From positions 160,001-224,000 of the forward strand of contig CAVPVX010000010.1 of the NCBI GenBank assembly GCA_963709345.1: DNA of 64,000 bases, given 5' to 3'. Source of the stretch: an uncultured Actinomycetes bacterium (GTDB lineage Bacteria; Actinomycetota; Thermoleophilia; UBA2241). Below are positions 59,914 to 64,000 of the stretch, in pieces (the first letter of the stretch is position 1; each line of letters opens with the position of its first letter). Below the pieces are notes generated by a model. The model saw only the letters and a program-made list of their open reading frames with translations, had not been told where the DNA came from and searched no databases. The position numbers and the translations under genes were made by a program.

Positions 59914-61638
59914 GTGGATTCGTTCTCGGTGCTCATCGGCGGCAAGGCCGGAGACGGCATCACCCAGGCCGGCTCCATGATCGCGCACCTGCTGAATGAG
60001 CTCGGGTATCGGCTCTACACGTATGTCGACTCGCCGTCGTTGATACGCGGCGGCCACAACTACGTCATCGTGCGCGCCCACCGCGGCCGCATCGCCGCCC
60101 ACCGCGACCACGTGAACGTGGTCATCGCGCTCAACGCCGAGACCCTCGACAAGCACGCCTGGCGCCTGAAGCAGCGCCCGGTGACGGTCTACGACGACCA
60201 GTCCATCAAGCCGGCGAGCATCCCGTCCATGGCTCATCCGTTCCGCACCGGCATCCCCGTGAAGACCATCCTCGAGCAGGAGGAGGCGCCGCCGGTGATG
60301 CGCAACAGCGCCATCCTCGGCGCCTTCTGCAAGGCGATCTCTATCCCGTGGGAGGTGCTCGAGGACGTCATGCGGCGCTATCAGGCCAAGCAGACCGAGC
60401 TCAACCTCAAGGTGGCGCGACGGGGCTACGACCTTGCGACGGAGAAGCTCCTGGTCGACCTGCCGGGTGGCGGCCCGCGACCGGTCATGACCGGTCTCGA
60501 GGCCACCGGGCTGGGACTCATCCGCGGCGGCCTCCAGGCGTACGACGGCTACCCGATGACGCCGGCCAGCGGTCTGCTTCACTACCTCGCCAGGCAGGCG
60601 CCGCGCTTCGAGCTCAAGGTGGTGCAGCCCGAAGGCGAGATCGCGGCCATGCTGATGGCGCTCGGGCACGCCTACGCGGGCGAGCGCGCCGCCGTCGGTA
60701 CCTCGGGCGGCGGGTTCGCTCTCATGGTCGAGGGACTCAGTCTGGCAGGGCAGGCCGAGCTGCCCATCGTCGTCGTGCTCGGGCAGCGTACCGGCCCGGC
60801 CACCGGCCTGCCGACCTACACGGCGCAGGCCGACCTGCACTTCGCGCTCAGCGCCGGGCACGGCGAGTTCCCGCGTTTCGTGGTGGCGCCGGCCGACGTG
60901 GAGCAGGCGTACGCCTGGAGCGCCTTCGCGCTTGACGTCGCCTGGAAGTACCAGCTGCCGGCGATCGTGCTCGGCGACCGCACGCTCAACGACGACTCGC
61001 AGAGCTTCGACTGGGACGCCGTCCCCGACCTGCCGCGGCTCGAGCCGCGGCTCTGGGACGGCGCGCCACAGGGCGCCGGCGACGGCGGCGCAGCCGCCGC
61101 GGATCCGGCGCTCGCCTACAAGCGGTACCTCTTCACCGGCGATGGCGTCTCCCCGCTCGCCTTCCCCGGCCGCGAAGGCGCGGTGGTCAAGGTGAACAGT
61201 TACACGCACGACGAGTCCGGCATCACGACCGAGGACCCGGAGCTCACGGTGCGCATGCAGGACAAGTGGAACGCCAAGGGACTGGCGCTGGCTGAGGAGC
61301 TGGACACACTCCCGCAGGTGAACGTGTACGGCGACCCGGAGGCGACGCGCACGCTGGTGACGTGGGGCTCGCCGACCGGCGCTGCCCGCGAGGTCGGCGA
61401 GCTCGCCGGCATCCGCATCGTCCAGCCGGTCGTGCTGTGGCCGTTCCCGGACCGGCAGATGGCCGAGGCGCTCGAGGGCAGCGAGGTGATCGCCGTCGCC
61501 GAGGGCAACTCCCGTGGGCAGCTCGCGCGGGTCATGGAGCAGCGCGGTGTGGCCGTGGACGGCCGCCTGCTGCGCTACGACGGGAGGCCGTGGGGCGTCG
61601 GCGAGCTGCGCATGCAGGCCGAGGAGGTGCTGGCATGA
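59914..61638 (+). CDS. korA: 2-oxoacid:ferredoxin oxidoreductase alpha subunit (gamma-alpha fusion)
   Basis: IGGKAGDGI, SLIRGGHN, YPMTPAS, GTSGGGF, GPATGLPT, RYDGRP; AAGGAGG RBS and GTG 59914. Confidence 0.9.
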   Translation: MDSFSVLIGGKAGDGITQAGSMIAHLLNELGYRLYTYVDSPSLIRGGHNYVIVRAHRGRIAAHRDHVNVVIALNAETLDKHAWRLKQRPVTVYDDQSIKPASIPSMAHPFRTGIPVKTILEQEEAPPVMRNSAILGAFCKAISIPWEVLEDVMRRYQAKQTELNLKVARRGYDLATEKLLVDLPGGGPRPVMTGLEATGLGLIRGGLQAYDGYPMTPASGLLHYLARQAPRFELKVVQPEGEIAAMLMALGHAYAGERAAVGTSGGGFALMVEGLSLAGQAELPIVVVLGQRTGPATGLPTYTAQADLHFALSAGHGEFPRFVVAPADVEQAYAWSAFALDVAWKYQLPAIVLGDRTLNDDSQSFDWDAVPDLPRLEPRLWDGAPQGAGDGGAAAADPALAYKRYLFTGDGVSPLAFPGREGAVVKVNSYTHDESGITTEDPELTVRMQDKWNAKGLALAEELDTLPQVNVYGDPEATRTLVTWGSPTGAAREVGELAGIRIVQPVVLWPFPDRQMAEALEGSEVIAVAEGNSRGQLARVMEQRGVAVDGRLLRYDGRPWGVGELRMQAEEVLA

Positions 61639-62588
61639 GCGGGACCGGCAAGAAGAGGGCGACGGGCAAGGCTGCGGCCGGGAAGGCGGCGGCCGGCGAG
61701 AAGAGGGCCGGCGGGGCGGCGGCGCCCGTCGCCGCGGCTCCGGCCCCCCGTCTCGCCACGTACGCCAAGAACACCTGGTGCCCCGGCTGCGGCAACTTCG
61801 CCGTGCTGAACGCGATCAGGCCGGTGTTCCAGGAGCTGATCGTCGCGGGCACGCGGCCGCAGGACATCGTGCTCGTCGCGGACATCGGCTGCAACAGCAA
61901 GATCATGGACTACATCGGCGTGAACAGCTTCGATTCGCTGCATGGGCGCGCGATCCCGACGGCCATGGGCATCAAGCTCGCCAATCCCGGGCTGACGGTG
62001 GTCGTCCACGCCGGCGACGGCGCCGCCTTCGCCGAGGGGCTGGAGCACACGCTCTTCGCCGCCAAGCGCAACATCGACCTGACGCTGATCGTCCACGACA
62101 ACGGCGTCTACGGCTTGACCGTCGGCCAGGCCGGCCCGGAGACTCCGCCGGGCCACAAGGGTCGCTCGACGCCGTACGGCAGCGTGGAGGAGCCGTTCAA
62201 CCCGCTGGAACTGCTGCACGCCGCGGGGGCGAGCTACCTCGCCCGCGGCTACTCTCACGGCAAGGAACAGCTGAAGAAGCTGTACGCGGAGGCGATCGCG
62301 CACCGCGGCTTCAGCGTCGTCGACACGCTGCAGGTCTGCGTGACCTTCCGCAACATGTACGAGTACTACAACGAGCGGGTCTACGAGCTCGAAGATCACG
62401 ACCCGCGCGATCAGGAGCAGGCTTCGGAGAAGATCCGCGAGTGGGACTACCAGTCAGACGGACCCGTGGCGCTGGGCACGCTCAGCATGCGCGATCGCCC
62501 GGTCTTCGGCGACCAGTTCTCCGAGTACGGGCGCCGCGAGATCGACCTCGAGCACGAGCTGGAGGCCGCGTTCGCCGAGCTCACCTGA
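61635..62588 (+). CDS. korB: 2-oxoacid:ferredoxin oxidoreductase beta subunit
   Basis: WCPGCGN, IGC, HGRA, GDG, DNGVYGLT.GQ, QVCVTF; ATGA overlap with korA. Confidence 0.9.
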   Translation: MSGTGKKRATGKAAAGKAAAGEKRAGGAAAPVAAAPAPRLATYAKNTWCPGCGNFAVLNAIRPVFQELIVAGTRPQDIVLVADIGCNSKIMDYIGVNSFDSLHGRAIPTAMGIKLANPGLTVVVHAGDGAAFAEGLEHTLFAAKRNIDLTLIVHDNGVYGLTVGQAGPETPPGHKGRSTPYGSVEEPFNPLELLHAAGASYLARGYSHGKEQLKKLYAEAIAHRGFSVVDTLQVCVTFRNMYEYYNERVYELEDHDPRDQEQASEKIREWDYQSDGPVALGTLSMRDRPVFGDQFSEYGRREIDLEHELEAAFAELT

Positions 62589-62648
62589 CGGCGGCTCGGC
62601 CGTACCGGACGGGCCGGCGCAAAGGGGCTGCGCCGCGCGCCGGCCGCC

Positions 62649-63941
62649 TCAGCGCCGCCCGGCGGCGTGGAACAGCTCCTGCAGCGACACCGACGTGTAC
62701 CCGCGGGCGCGCAGGCCACGGAGGATCGCCGGCAGAGCCGCCATCGTCGCCGGGCGCACGTGCAGGCCGATGATCGCGCCGGAGTGCACGCGCGACAGGG
62801 TGTTCGCGGCGATGGTGCCCGAGCCGTAGCCGCGCCAGTCGCCCGGGTCGACGTCCCACATGACGAGGTGCTTGTAGCCGGCCGAGCCGGCGGCGGCCAC
62901 GGTGGCGGCGTTGTAGCTGCCGTACGGCGGCCGGAACCAGCCTACGGGCGTGGCTCGCGCGGCCCGCCACCACGGCGCCTGGCTGCGGATGAGCTCGGTG
63001 CGCACGCCGGAATAGCCCTGGCCCATCATCTCGGAGTGGGTCCAGCCGTGCGAGCCGATGCCGTGACCCTCGCGGACCGTGCGCCGGGCCGTGTACGGCG
63101 CCGACGAGACGTACGGCCCCAGGATGAAGAACGTCGCGTGCATCTTGTGCGCCTTGAGGGTGTCGAGCATCTGGCCCCACACCCAGGCCGGCCCGCCGTC
63201 GTCGAAGGTCAACGCGACGCGCTTGCCGGCTCCTCTGACCCGGTGCGTCACCGAGGCGCGCACCGGGTGGTAGTCGCGGAAGACGAGCGGCCGGGTGACC
63301 GTGCGGTTGCCGGCCTCATCGACCAGCGTGACGGTGACTCTGTACAGGCCGGGGACGAAGGCCCGGCGGTTGGCATACCGGGTCGGGATGGTGAGCGTGC
63401 GTGATCCGGCGGAGATGGTGGTCGCGGCCCCCCGCTGCGCCTGGTAGCCGTACTGGTCGCGCACCGTGAATGAGACGCGGGCGGCGCCTGAGATGTCGGA
63501 AAGCGTGAATCGTGCTTTCACGGGCTGCGTGCGGTGGAGAAGGGTCGGCCTGAGGCTCAGCCTGCGGACGACGGGTGGTCGCGTGTCGATCTTCACGGTC
63601 AGCGACTGCGGCGTCTCGGCGCGGCCGTCTACGTCCACGGACCAGTAGGTGAGCGTGTGGACACCGTCGCCGGTGTGGTCGCGCGGCGCCCTCACGACCA
63701 CCTCGGTGGTCGCGACCGGGGCGCCGCCGTCCACCTGGACGAAGGTGTCGGCGACGGGCGCCGCTTCGCCGGTCGCGGTGAAGGCGACGGTGACGGCGTC
63801 CGCGTGCCAGAGGTCGTCGGCGCCGTGAGCGGTGGTCACCGGGGGCGGGCCGTCACCTGCTGATACGCCGGAGGCGAACGCGTTCGCCGGCCCAGCCGTC
63901 AGCAGAAGCGCGATCCCTACGAGAACGAGTGCCCGGCTCAT
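62649..63941 (-). CDS. Secreted polysaccharide deacetylase, paralog of 50764-52146
   Basis: Signal peptide; LTYWSVD, VKIDTRPP, GAGKRVALTFDDG, HGWTH, RPPYG, WDVDPGDW. Confidence 0.88.
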   Translation of the reverse strand: MSRALVLVGIALLLTAGPANAFASGVSAGDGPPPVTTAHGADDLWHADAVTVAFTATGEAAPVADTFVQVDGGAPVATTEVVVRAPRDHTGDGVHTLTYWSVDVDGRAETPQSLTVKIDTRPPVVRRLSLRPTLLHRTQPVKARFTLSDISGAARVSFTVRDQYGYQAQRGAATTISAGSRTLTIPTRYANRRAFVPGLYRVTVTLVDEAGNRTVTRPLVFRDYHPVRASVTHRVRGAGKRVALTFDDGGPAWVWGQMLDTLKAHKMHATFFILGPYVSSAPYTARRTVREGHGIGSHGWTHSEMMGQGYSGVRTELIRSQAPWWRAARATPVGWFRPPYGSYNAATVAAAGSAGYKHLVMWDVDPGDWRGYGSGTIAANTLSRVHSGAIIGLHVRPATMAALPAILRGLRARGYTSVSLQELFHAAGRR

Positions 63942-64000
63942 GCCCGCCTCCCCTCATTGCCCCCAGATCCGCCGTCGCCGCTATGCCCTGCGGCACGCGA

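Overview
Very GC-rich bacterial window, most consistent with an anaerobic or facultative Actinomycetota genome (inferred from codon bias, many leaderless TAnnnT promoters, and the hemE-hemH-hemY heme pathway). Main content: envelope and secreted genes (BNR propeller, lgt, tandem HExxH proteins, LolA-like plus ABC transporter, amidase, L,D-transpeptidase, two deacetylase paralogs); signalling genes (PAS-HD-GYP, SBP-PAS histidine kinase); a 7-gene soluble heterodisulfide reductase-like operon (hdrB, hdrL, mvhD, ferredoxin, hdrA-mvhD, hdrC/B fusion, hdrC); hemEHY; hicBA; rlmKL; recQ; ferredoxin plus an atypical CooS downstream of an Fnr-type box; and 2-oxoacid:ferredoxin oxidoreductase. The best candidate for an undescribed system lies at 14.6-20.3 kb: nadA, a MoaD/ThiS sulfur carrier, DoxX, and a DUF2064/TIGR04282-like glycosyltransferase fused to a radical SAM/SPASM enzyme, flanked by GT2 and GT87-like genes. 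The apparent UGA stop of the fusion is followed 11 nt later by a SECIS-like hairpin, predicting a C-terminal C-I-U-G-Y selenocysteine tail. Several genes carry frameshifts or in-frame deletions, so assembly error cannot be excluded. No rRNA, tRNA, CRISPR array or intact mobile element was seen. Family assignments come from motif recognition and recollection; no database searches were run.
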